A stretch of DNA of 64,000 bases. It comes from Vicugna vicugna. Lineage: Eukaryota. The notes under the pieces were generated by a model, which saw only the letters and a program-made list of their open reading frames with translations, ran no database searches and had not been told where the DNA came from. The translations under genes were made by a program, and so were the position numbers. The stretch spans positions 37,145 to 101,144 of the forward strand of contig MU058010.1 in assembly GCA_013265495.1 (NCBI GenBank). The letters are read 5' to 3'. This document shows, piece by piece, positions 26,766 to 38,925 of the stretch. Numbering within the stretch: position 1 is the first letter of the stretch; every line of letters begins with the position of its first letter.

Positions 26766-27514
26766 CTCTACAAATAAAGATTTTTCATTGACACATGTCA
26801 ACAAGCTTAACTTTATAATAAATAAATAAGTGTACTTTGATTTAACAAGAGATTCAGGGTCTTAAAAAGCTATCAGACATAACTGAATAAATTTCTGAAG
26901 TTATACAGTAATGTTTATAACAGCTTGTCCCCAAGAAAGCATAGTCGCTTAATGTTTGTGATTCAAGTAATAAATTAAGTGTCACATTTAGCATCATTTT
27001 CTTCCACAAACTAATAGACTCTATAGAATCCATTCACTTGAGACTTCTCTTTCTGCAATGCCTGTTCTTTGAAGAATTGTTTAAATTTTCAAGAGAATTT
27101 GAAACATTAGTCTCTAGACAGTTTCTTTCAAAGTACCCTCTTGCTACTCAGACTTAGGTGACAGGAGTCAAATCACTGTTGGGCGCATCAGAATGACCAC
27201 CGTGTCTGCTGAGAGGTTTGTCTGTTTTTTTAGGTAGGTATATATATTGCATCTTTTGGGGAAATGTAACCTCTAAAATAACCAATGTGGGACAGTGTTT
27301 ATACTAGACTACCAGAACAAACATTTTAACTAAAACGAATTGCCAATTCAGTTAGACTATTTAACTGGCAGTTAAGCAAGCAGTTTTTTGTGCTAATTAA
27401 AGAAACCAACCTGTGACGATATTTTGTGAATACAAACTCTATTTTGGTTTCTTTAAAATTAAAATCATTGTCATGGCTTTGATACTTTAATACACTGTTG
27501 CTCTTGGCACTCTG

Positions 27515-27516
<2 letters not shown>

Positions 27517-27564
<48 letters not shown>
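27517..27564. repeat. (GT)24 microsatellite
   Basis: Perfect dinucleotide run. Confidence 0.97.
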
Positions 27565-27565
<1 letters not shown>

Positions 27566-27883
27566 GGGGTGAGGCAGGCAATAAAGAGAGAAATCCATGC
27601 ATGTCATTGTTTTATAGGTAAATGTGTTATATTTAATATGAGATTGTTTTCAAGCATCAGTAACTCCTTCAAAGACATTCTTGATGAACTGATATTAATA
27701 AATAATTCTCTATGTAAACACTATTATAATTATGTTCCAGATAAGTTTCATGTCCTTACTTAAAATAACTAAGTAAAAGATATCATAGATTACATAGACA
27801 TTATAAGGAATGAACATAAATTTAAAATTCATTTTTGTTGAGCTTTTTCCCTTATGTACTTCTAAAAATTAAAACTTACTTCA

Positions 27884-29353
27884 ACATACAGGTGGCCAAT
27901 AGGCACATGAAAAGATGCTCAACATTACTAATTATCAGAAAAATGCAAATCAAAACTACAATGAGCTCTGACCTCACAATGGTCAGAATGGCCATTATTA
28001 AAAAGTCTACAAATAACAAATGATGCAGAGGCATGGAGAAAAGGGAACCATCCTATAATGTTGGTGGGAATATAAATTGGTGCAGCCACTATGGAGAACA
28101 GTATGGAGGTTCCTTAAAAAGCTAAAAATAGAATTGCCGTATGATTCAGCAATTCTACTCCTGTGCATATATCTGAAGAAGACTCTAATTCAAAAAGATA
28201 CATGCACCCCAATGTTCATAGCAGCACTATGTACAGTAGCCAAGACATGGAAGCAACCTAAATCTCTATTGACAGATGAATGGATAGAGAAGGTGTGATA
28301 ATATATACACAATCGAATACTACTCAGCCATAAAAAGGATGAATTAATGCCATTTGCTGCAACATGGATGGACCTAGAGATAATCATACTAAGTGAAATA
28401 AGTCAGAAAAAGAAAGACAAATGCCATATGATATAACTCACATGTGGAATCTAAAAAAAGGCTACAAATGAATTCACTTACAAAACAGAAATAGACTCAT
28501 AGGACATAGAAAACAAACTTATGGTCACCAGCTTTTCATGAAGATGGCGCTGAAAGCGAAGAAGGAAGCCCCCACCCCTCCCAAAGCAGAAGATAAAGCA
28601 AAGGCTTTGAAGGCCAAGAAAGCAGTGCTGAAAGGCTTCCACAGCCACAAAAAAAAAAAATGAAATTCCAGATGTAACCCACCTTCCAATGGCCTACAAC
28701 ACTGCAGCTCAGAAGGCAGCCCAAATATCCTTGGAAGAATGCCCCTAGGAGAAACAAGCTTGACCACTATGCCATCATCAAGTTCCCCCCGACCACCGAG
28801 TCAGCCATGAAGAAGATAGAAGACAACAAAACACTTGTGTTCATTGTGGATGGCAAGGCCAACAAGCACCAGATCAAACAGCCTGTGAAGGAGCTCTATG
28901 ACATTGATGTGGTGAAGGTCAATACCCTGATCAGGCCTGATGGAGAGAAGAAGGCATACGTATGACTGGCTTCTGGGTATTATGCTTTGGACAAACTATG
29001 CTTTCCAACAAAATTGGAATCATCTAAACTCAGTCCAGCTGGCTAATTCTAAATATAAAATTTTTCACTATTAAAAAACAAACAACAAATAAACAAAACC
29101 TTATGATCATCAAAGGGGAAAGTTGGGTAGGGATAAATTAGGAGTTTGTGAGTAGCAGATACACACCACTATAGATAAAGAAGATAAATAACAAAGACCT
29201 ACTGTATAGCACAGAAAACTATTACTATTCTGTAATAAACCAAAGTGAAAAAGAATATGAAAAAATATATATGTATATATCTGAACCACTTTGCTGTACA
29301 CCAAAAACTAACACAACATTGTAAGTCAACTACACTTCAATTTAAAAAAAAAA
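27884..29353 (+). mobile_element. 5'-truncated L1 3' fragment, interrupted by the RPL23A retrocopy
   Basis: ORF2 C-terminal peptides ([39 protein letters not shown]), a 3' UTR and poly(A) at 29344-29353. Degenerate TSD aaaacttacttca (27871-27883) / gaaatgtacttca (29354-29366). Confidence 0.9.
28532..29090 (+). pseudogene. RPL23A: RPL23A processed pseudogene
   Basis: Pyrimidine start CTTTTC, ATG 28544, [31 protein letters not shown]...[68 protein letters not shown]..., ending at TAA 29025-29027. Intronless, with stops and frameshifts, a decayed poly(A) at ~29073-29090, and a degenerate TSD (aaacaaacttatggtcacca 28511-28530 / aaacaaaaccttatgatcatca 29091-29112). Confidence 0.95.
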
Positions 29354-32004
29354 GAAATGTACTTCATCCAATTGGCAAACATATTCAAGAATTGTTAAGC
29401 TATAAATCAAAGCAAAATCAATTCATTTATTTTTTTAAAAATAATAACTTCTGGCTCAAAAATATTGTATTGAACATTTCTAAATGTCAGATATCTGCAA
29501 TGCTAGAAATCTTTAATTTTGTTAAAACAACTTGGTTAAAAGCTGAGTACTATGTTTTTTCCCCTGATAAATTCAAGTAGCTTGTATGAAAAATATCTGA
29601 TCTATTTCCATCTTATAATCTTTACTACAGACATTCAGAAAGCTTTGATTCCTCTTGACCATATTCTACCAAAATCAAATTCATTTTTGTCCAACAAAAA
29701 GTTCAGGAAGATTGCACAGAAATATTATTAATGTTGAAATACCAGACATTTTCTAGATAATTCTATAGAAAAGATAATTCTGAATAGGATTTTTTTATCT
29801 TGATAATGTGCTGTTATTCATTTTTCTTGGAACCACTTTTTCCTGATAAATACAGTTTTTCTCCTGTAGTGGTGAAACCACTATTTTTCTAATAGTTAAC
29901 AATATATCTCCCAGATGGTCATTTCCTCTCTTTGGTTCCTTGAACTTTCTCTTCAGCAGTGCAAAATTCTTTTCAACAAATTCTTTCCAAAGATATCCAC
30001 TAGCTTTTAACAATGAAGTTTGCAAGGGACCAAACAAGCTCTCTGTCTAATTGCGTTTCACCTCTGACCAGCTTGTTGTTTTTGGCTGCTGATTTATGTG
30101 TGTCCAGAATACCTAAATTTCTTATCGTGCTTGTTATCAATTGTTACTTTGGCAAGATCTTTATTATTTCTAAATTGCAAAAATTCCTCCTCATTTTCTT
30201 ATTAAAGAAAAGTTTAGAAAAACAATTTCAGTGTCATAGGCATTTAAGAGACATAATTAATTCCATGCTTGTCATCATTTATTAGCAAGCTTACTTCCTT
30301 TCTTTGTAATTCCTTCCCCTGATATATTTGTCAACACCCTGCTGATTAGTGTTAATCCTTTATATTATTAGAATATTTTGCTTACTTGCAAATATATTTC
30401 TTTTTAGCTAAAGTTGTCTCCTTATCTGATGTGTTTACTTTGCTTTCATGTCATTTTCTTATTTCCCAAGTAGATTTTATTCGTCAAAAAGTTTTAGTGG
30501 TACATGCTCAAGCCACTTGTTCTATAGAGTTCTCATTTCTGAGGAAATTAAAAGATACCCTAGGTTTTCATTAAATCTCTTAGATTGAATATTTCCTTCA
30601 CACTTCTTGATTTTCACATTTTTTTTCTCTGAGCACTTGGATAATTGGGTATTTTTTTCATGAATTATTATACAGTCAAGTCTCTACTGCTATACTGGAG
30701 TCATTCATTTTATCTATCCATACCTGCTTTTATATACATATTGTTCTATAAAACACTTATTTATACTTCATCAACAAAAGATCTTTTAAAAATTCCTAAG
30801 ATAACAGGCATCGTCCTCTATCCCTTTTGCAACACCTAAGAATCTAACAGTTAAGATAAAGCACTAATTTAAGAATATAATGATTTATCTGAGGATTATT
30901 TGGTTTTGAAATGGAAAAGTCATAAAACCTATTTAAGAAAAATGTTTGAGTCTTAGTGCTGCAACTTACTCACTATGATCTGGATTGGGTTACATAAGTG
31001 ATCTGTGTCTAGTCCTCATCTATGAAAGATAACACAGGAAGTAATTTTGAGAATAGAATTAGGCACATTTTATTGAAAGAGCTGTGTAAATTGTAACACA
31101 CTCTACATAAATTTTTACTAGAACTCCCTCATTGCTTATGTAGGGGATCAGGAAATAGGATGTTAACTGATTTATAAGTAAAGATTTGATCTGGGGGAAT
31201 GTGTATGCATTAAAATAAGATTAGGTGTAGTTATTGAGGTTAGAGAAATAAGGGAAAAAGAGACGTTCCTATTCTTCTCTTTGAAGCCTTAACTCTTCTG
31301 AGTGGTTAAAAGTTAATTAAGAGAGTTTCTCTAATCTTTTCCACTCTCTCTCTTTTCTACCTACCCCATGTCTCAGAATGGCTATTAACTTGAGTTGAAA
31401 AATGCAGCCAGGCTATCCTGACTGTAGAGGACAGTGTGTCATTATCACTGCCCCAAGGAGCCTTTAGAGACATTTTACACCTAATCACCTCTCCCTCATG
31501 GAAATTTAATAGTACAGATTTAGTGTATCTCTGTTTCTGTACTGTGGCTCTTTGAATAGCCACAAACCATAGTAACTAGCTAAAATGTTTTAGTCTTCAT
31601 GACTAATTTTCACCCTCTACATGGTTATTATTGACCCTGTGGAGAATTTGTGCTATGGGGGACTGATGGGAAAATTGGTACTTCAAGCTCATCCTCCTCC
31701 TTCTGTCCTCCTTCTCATAATAAGTCTCTCCTAAGCTGAAAACTATTGAAAGCCAGGAGAGGATTTCACAGATAGAGTCTATGCAGGTCAACTCCTAGGG
31801 CACAGAGCTAGATGGAGAAGGGTGAAGTGGACCTGGATGGGTGAGCAGAAGATATTAACACGGACAATAAGCCAACAGCTATGAACTACATCTGCTATGT
31901 GCTGTGGTCTCAAGAACAGGCAAAGTCAAAAGTCAGAGAGGATGTGTTCTAAAGCAGACAGAGCAGACAGGCAATCAGAGTAATAAAAACAGAGCTTAGC
32001 ACAA

Positions 32005-32035
32005 CAAACAAACAAACAAACAAACAAACAAACAG
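32005..32035. repeat. (CAAA)n tetranucleotide repeat
   Basis: About 7 tandem CAAA units. Confidence 0.9.
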
Positions 32036-34600
32036 CAAAGAGACAAGACCTAGCTCTTCTTCACAAATCTTAAATGCATGTCAGGATTGATACTCTCTTG
32101 CTGTTGTCTTCATGGGTTTTCAATTAATTAAGTTTCTGCTGGGTATATGATCCAAAAGGGTTGAGGACAACATTTTATTTAATAGGAGGATTAATGAGGC
32201 TTAAGACAAGATGGGATGCGGAAGAATTAGAACTTGTATCTAAATATCTACTAAACCCCAGGGCCTTCCTGATGCATCACATTATACACCACTACATTTC
32301 TCCAACTGACCCATATTTTCTAGTTCTTTCCTAGAAAGCTTCTACTTAATTCCTACCCATTTCACTTGCCTTCCCTTTAAATTTTATAAGTAGTATTAAC
32401 AGTTATAAACCTTTGTGTTGGGAAATTATATCTGATAAATTATTCTCAAGCATTCATATATTCAGCTTTTTCACTTATCACTAATTATGAATGACCCCAC
32501 ATTTTCATTTCATATAATAATTTGACATTTTTCAGGGGATGTTCTTTTTAGTTCTTTGTCTTATAAGGCAACCTGAATCCACATTTAAATCAGCTTTGTG
32601 TTTAGCAACTTTGTGTAAACACAAAGTGTGTAGTGATTTATATATCCATTTTATGGCAAAAAATATGCAATGTGGGGACATTTAAAAATAGAGGCATTTG
32701 CAAAGATATGGTAAGGATCCACTAGAATTGAAAATACAATGTTATAAAACATAAAAGAATGAGATTTCTCACAGGATTTTTGTTTTCTTTTGTTTTTTTA
32801 GTTGGTACATAAGAAAAGTATCCCAAAAATGCACAATTAGAAAGAAAAAAAAAGAGACAGTCACTGTTCTCTTCCTGATAATGTCTGAGAACAAAGTGAG
32901 TTTTCTCAATTTATCTAACACTCTTTATAAGAGGCACAAAAATGAAACAAATGATAATTTTAAGAGAATAAATGCTCTGTTCTTCTTAAAATAAAATTAC
33001 GTATACCCTTGTAAAAGAAAAGATGTCAGAGTTAGCATAAAAGAATGAGTTCATGTTATTAAGAATTCACAATTAAAATATTAAAATTCTGACATTATAA
33101 AAATGCTCATAAACCCACAATCATCATTTGATGTCAAGATAATACTGTAGTCATTAAAAAATAATGTTACCTAGAAATTCCATCTGAACAAAGAAATTAG
33201 GTAGAGGAATTTTATTAAAGAAAATTAGGATTCCGAAAGATGTTTGAAATCTACTTTGAGTAACTTTTGTGATTGTGAACTATAAATATGAGCATTAAGC
33301 ACATATTTAAACCAGTTTCAGTTGCTTTTTATTTTAATCACATAGTGAGTTTTGCAGTTTGTAGGAAATACTAGCAAATTTATATTCAGATCAGCTTTCA
33401 ATATTTGTGTGCATATTTAAACATGTTAAAGGTACATTTCTTGACAACACGATACCTCAATAAGCACTATAAATAGTCAGCTTAGCACTGTGGATGAGTT
33501 GTATTCAATTGAATTCAGTTCTGGATGTTCATCAGCAAAATATAGAACATGCTTATTTATTTGTTTTTGTCTGCACAGTACAGTAGCATTGGCAGCTGGT
33601 CAACCTTTAAATGGCTGTCTGAACCTATCCCCTAGCTTTATGTCAACTGGCATTAGAAGCAAGAATCAATTAGTGATACAGTTTACACAGGGTTAGAAAT
33701 ACATAATATAACTGCAAATCTATTAACTAATACAGTAGTAAAACAACAATAAATGAGTGTTTAAGAAGGATATTTCCCCCTATGCCATGCAAAACAGAAA
33801 AAGTCATCTACAGACCATTATGAAAAATCAGATTTTTTCATTTGCCAGATTTTCTTCCATTCTGGGCTGTATGCATTAGTGATGAAATTCTCATAATTTG
33901 TTAAGAGAGGTATTTTTTTCTGTGGAAAAACATCATTTTCCTTTATGACGGAGAAAATGGATATTCACTACTTTACAGAGCATGACACTTGGCTTTATCA
34001 TATTGCAAATGTGGAAACAAGGATTTTATGAATGAATTTGTTTTCAGATTTTAACAGATAGTTAAATTTTGTCTAACAAAATTATCGTTTTCAATATACT
34101 CCAGGAAGTCTTTATTTTCACTGTCTTCATACGTATGCTGACTCTCTAAGGAAACATAATTGAAATCTCAGGATTTATTGGAGTTTTACTGCAAATATCT
34201 TCAGTTTAATCAGAAATACCTCTGCAAATCTTACCAAATTTATTTTTCCACACCTACTTTTAGTCTCAGTAGTATACATTTCTTTGAGTTAACTATCTGC
34301 CTTAATTTGTAAATAAGATAAATTTATAAGATTCTGTTATAATAATATTTTAGTTACTTATAAGTGGACTCTCCTGAGACATAGGACATTCTGTTCCCAA
34401 TTGTTTATTCTACCTCTATGATTAAGAATGAGTGTTTCATGTTTTCTTTTTCATCGCCACCTGCATAATACCTTGCTCTTCTCGGTCACCTTCTTCACAG
34501 CCTTACTTACAAAGGTCTTATCACCCTTCTATAAACTTTTCCCAAAAGAGTAGAATTGTACAATTACCTTTCCTGGGAAATGCCAATGTATATTGACCAT

Positions 34601-35186
34601 TGTGGAAGGCAGAATAATGGCCCCACAAAGACATCCATGCCCTAATCTCTGTTTTCTATGAATATGTTACCTTGCATGGCAATTTGAGGTGTAGATGGAA
34701 TTAAGGTTGCTAATCAGCTAATTTTAAAATGATGAGATTCTACTTAATTATTGAGATAAATCTTTAAAAACAGAAGGAGAAGATGGAAGAGTCAGTGAGG
34801 GATGTGTGATATGGAAGAGGTGAGCAGGATTTGAAGCATAGGAGGGACTTGACCTGCTGTCGCTAGGTTTAAGATGGGAGAGGGTCACGAGCCATGGCAT
34901 GTGAGCTGTCTCTAGACGGTGGGACCAGCCTTCAGCTGACAGTCAGCAAGAAATAGGAATCTCTGCCTACAACAAAGACGTGGATTCTGCCAACAACATG
35001 AGCAGATGTATATGTGAATTCTCCCCTAGGGCCTCCAGAAAGGAATATGGCTCTATTGACACCTTAATTTCAGCCTGGGAGACCCATTTTGAACTTCTGA
35101 CCTCCAGAACTATAAGATAATATATTTCTGTTGTTATAAGCCTAGTTTGTGGTAATTTGTGCAACAGCAATAGAAAACTAATAACA
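34601..35186 (+). mobile_element. MaLR (MLT1-type) LTR
   Basis: tgtggaaggcagaataatggcccc...gtttgtggtaatttgt...aaactaata. Confidence 0.75.
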
Positions 35187-36035
35187 GTCACATTCACCTC
35201 CAACTGGTAATATATTAATTAACTTAGTTATTCTATAAGCATCCATTAACTGTCTTGTAGCTTGAAAGGGTTGGTTCTGCTCCACTATGACCAACTGGCT
35301 GAAGGGATTTAGCTCCCATTCTTCCCAGAGTTCTATTGAAATATTAGTAGAGAAGTAAACAGGTGAATACATTCATTAAAGAATCAAAAACGAGAGGAGG
35401 AACATTAACAAATAAATTTTTTAATAAATCTGTAGAACACAGAGTGTTGTTTGGAGCATATTTATAAATAATCTGGAGCAGAAGAATTTACTGACCAAAA
35501 CCTGCGCAGGAAAGCTTACAGTGGAAGTGAGTATGGTTATTTCCTGACAAGTCCTGAGAGACTTCAGATTCTGTATTGGACACTTTAGAAATAGAACGTT
35601 AAAGGTGAGACAGAAATCAAGGTGATTATGTGAAGCAAAGTCTATAGATTAGCTGTGCAATTTTCCTCATCTGCATCCCGAGGTTAAAAATAAATGGGGT
35701 AATCAGCCAGAGAAGGGCTAAGGTGTCTAGTGCTGGGATTATCCACCAGAGTAAGCCTCTCTCAGACTGAAGGATGGGAGCGAAGAGGACTTCCTGCCTA
35801 TTCCTCCCCTTAAAGTGAAGAGAGTCGATAGATTTAGTTATAATGGTCAGGGAAATATTATACATGTTGACAATGTAAACACAGTAGTCAAAATGACAAA
35901 AATGGCAGGTGGGAACAAAGGTTGAAGGAACAGATTTCCTTGTTTTACGATAGTTGAGAGATTTCATCTAAAAATGCTGAAACAAGAAACAAGATTTAAG
36001 TAGGCATATTATTTTAAATGATAAATGTAACATAT

Positions 36036-36665
36036 TGTGGTAGGCAGCCTCTAGATAGCCCCAATGATCCCTTCTTCCTGGTACTCACAGCTTTGTTTCA
36101 CCTCCTCACCTGGAGTGTGGGCTAGATTTACTGACTGGCTTCTAAGGAATAGAACATGGCAGATATGGCGGAGTGTCAAGTGAGATTAGGTTATAAAAAA
36201 AGACTGTGACTTTGGAGATGGGGGTGGGGAGGTGGTAGGGTAGGGAGGTATTATAGCTCAGAGGTAGAGCATGTTTTTAGCATGCACAAGATCCTGGGTT
36301 CAATCCCCAGCACTTCCATTTAAATAAATAAATAAATACCTAATTGCCTCCCCTACCCTAATTAACTAATTTATTAATTTAAAAAACAGTGGTGTTTACC
36401 TTGAGTGATTTCTTGGATTGTTCAGCTGCCAGGTCATGAGACAGTTCAGTGGAGAGACCTGCAAGTGATCCTATCCCCATAGGTGAGGCTTCAGATCAAA
36501 GTTCTGGCTGATAATTTGACTGCGACCTCAGAAGAAATCTTGATTCAGAAGCACTCAGCTAAGATTCTTGACCCAAAGAAACTGTGAGAAGTAAATTTTT
36601 TGTTGCATTAATTTTTTAAAATATATTACACAGGTAATTTATTATGCAGCAATAGTGAATATACA
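36036..36665 (+). mobile_element. MaLR (MLT1-type) LTR
   Basis: tgtggtaggcagcctcta...gccccaatgatccc start and ...gcagcaatag..aatataca end. Confidence 0.7.
36242..36385 (+). mobile_element. tRNA-Ala-derived SINE (Vic-1 type) inside a MaLR LTR
   Basis: tatagctcagaggtagagc...ttagcatgcacaag.tcctgggttcaatcccc head and an AT-rich tail. Confidence 0.85.
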
Positions 36666-36759
36666 TGTTTTTATACTTATTTATATGTATATATATACAA
36701 ACACATATATAATTTTGTATTGACTATGTAAGTAAATTTTCCATATAAAAGGTTTAAAT

Positions 36760-37830
36760 TTTATGTAGTCAAATGTCTCATTTTTTCCCAGAAATTTTAA
36801 TTTTTCTAACCATAGATTATGCATATAGTATCCAAGATTTTTGTGTAAGAATGTTTTTTTATTTTACAATTATAACATTAATTCCTGTAAAAAAACTTTT
36901 TTGTCTAGAAGAGGGTCCAATTCGACTTTTCCCATATGCCTACTCAGTTTTACCAGCAAAATTTATTAAATAATCCATCACTTTCCTGCTTATATAAGCA
37001 AATAAAAAAAGTTTAATGAATTATCATATGTAATTGGATTTGTTTCTGAAGGCTATTCTGTTCTACAGATTCATTTGTCTCTTCCTATACCAATACCTTC
37101 CTGATTTGATGAATGCATGCTCTAGCTAATTAGTAAAGCAAGTTCTGACCCCATCCAAATTGCTTTTCTTTTCTACAATTATTGGCTATTCAAATTATAA
37201 TGTACAAAGCACTCAAGATGGGCAAGATAAAGCTAGCTCAATTTTAAAAATGACCAAAGAACACAAAAAAGTTTATTTACATAAAAGCAAATTAAAGTGA
37301 CCAACAAACATAAAGCTCTCCAATAATCAATAATAGTGAATTAAATTAGCAATAAGATATAATCTTACCCTATCTTACTGACTACAATGTAGGAGCTCTA
37401 TTATCTATTTCTAGTGAGAATGTGAAGGAAAAGTGTACTTATTTTAATGACAAGGGACTGAAATATGCATTATTTCAGCCTTTTGTGAGGATACCTAGTG
37501 ATATCTAAGAGAACTTAGAAAGCAGGACACCTTTGACCCAGCATTTCCATTCCTTGGAATCTGCATCATAGAAGTAAATTAACTAGGACTTCAGAGTATT
37601 TGTACAGAATGTTCACTGCAGTAACGGTCATTGTGGCACAAAGCTAAAAGCATTTTTCATGCCTGTTAGTAAAGGCATGGTTCAATAAATTATAGTACAT
37701 GTATATTATGAAGTTTACAACTATTTTAAAGGACTCTTTTATAAGTATACTGGTCAAATTAAAGAGATTTCCAAAACAAAATGCAGAGAAGTATAGGTAA
37801 TATGATCTCAATTTTGTAAAATAAACAATG
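36760..37830. mobile_element. Old L1 ORF2 fragments in opposite orientations
   Basis: Minus-strand ORF2-like sequence at ~36760-37200 abuts plus-strand, more 3' ORF2-like sequence at ~37200-37830. Confidence 0.5.
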
Positions 37831-37999
37831 ACCCAGAAAATGAATGCAGGTATCATCCCCTTGCATGTAGAGTAAGATCATAAAAAATGACTGAGCAAGC
37901 TGAAATTATGCACATTGATTTAATAATCAATGGAGAAAAATATGATTGTTCTGAAACCCTTAACAAATGTAGTCCAAACATTAATACTGTCTTACTATT

Positions 38000-38925
38000 A
38001 ATTAGGTATAAATGTATAGAAAAATTAGCAAACGTAAAATGATATATTTAGCACACTGTAAATTAAAACATGAGGAGCATTAAGAATTAAATAATTTTAT
38101 TTCTTTGTAAAAAATGTATTAAATTTATCAAGGATGATTGGAAGAGTATTGTCTTCTCCATTGGATAACTCACAACATGGAGTAAGTATCCTTTCTATGC
38201 CTTGGCAAATTATCCTTCTACTTTCTAAGTTTGATGTTGTGTCTGACATTTTATCCTCTGCAGTTTCAGTGTTGTAAAGTATCTCCAGAATAGCCTTCAA
38301 TGTGAACGTTTTTTATTGGCATCACTTCCTCAGGGGCATCAATCTTTCCATCACAAGCACTTTCCTTATTGATGTTGACGGGTTCACCTTAACTAAGTTC
38401 CTCTGGCCATGTAGCTAGAGTCTCTCGAATGGCAGCAGTGTGAGCATCCCCATGGCCAGTTATTTCTTTTATAGCTTGATTTATGTTCAGTTGGAATTTC
38501 ACTTCGAGCATTATGACTTTTCTTTTTTCTGCTGCACTTTCATCTTTGTTGCCCATATCCCTTTTTTGATTATTTATTTTGTAAAATGTCGTGTAGTTTT
38601 ATCACTTTGAGATGAGGAAGCAACACACTACATGCTTTGCTGTCTGTACATGGCTTGAAGAAAAAATGTGCAGTGGTCAATCACCAACAATTGAAAAAAG
38701 TGCTGTGATTGGACATGATCATGATGTACATTTGTTATTTACATGGTGGTTTGTAAGACTGACAAGCTGGCAGTGTAGTTTGTAGTTTATGCAATCATTC
38801 ACAGTTATATACTGTGGCAACTGAAATTTGAACCATGTTCTTGGAAGGCTGGTGTTATTTAACTAAACTGTGGTAAGTGAAATTTGTTTATGTAGGAACT
38901 GTGCAAAGTGAAAACTTTCTGTATA
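38000..38925. mobile_element. TcMar-Tigger DNA transposon relic
   Basis: ORF 38097-38300 (-) resembles a Tigger C-terminus (...DKM....NLE....CQGIERIL.P.....LDKF..FFTKK). TIR-like end aactgtgcaaagtgaaaactttctgta followed by TA. Left boundary approximate. Confidence 0.6.

Larger units (their letters stand above)
26800..30250 (-). mobile_element. Candidate ancient hAT (CGGBP1-like) transposase fossil, split by the L1 at 27884-29353 and a (GT)n
   Basis: Manual multi-frame translation gives collinear hAT/CGGBP1-like motifs (see findings), with many stops and frameshifts. No terminal inverted repeats identified. Confidence 0.5.

Noticed and set aside
28525..28767. Minus-strand ORFs of 73-80 aa
   Set aside because: These are antisense to the RPL23A pseudogene.
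26800..30250. Endogenous RNA-virus L gene or LINE RT as the source of the degraded frame
   Set aside because: Isolated look-alikes (LPHP, EREV, DIQKA.D) were not followed by the expected downstream motifs, whereas the hAT-like motifs appeared in order.
32400..34500. AT-rich, repeat-poor stretch as a conserved enhancer (also ~39700-41900 and the TAAT cluster near 51000)
   Set aside because: Cannot be supported without conservation or chromatin data.
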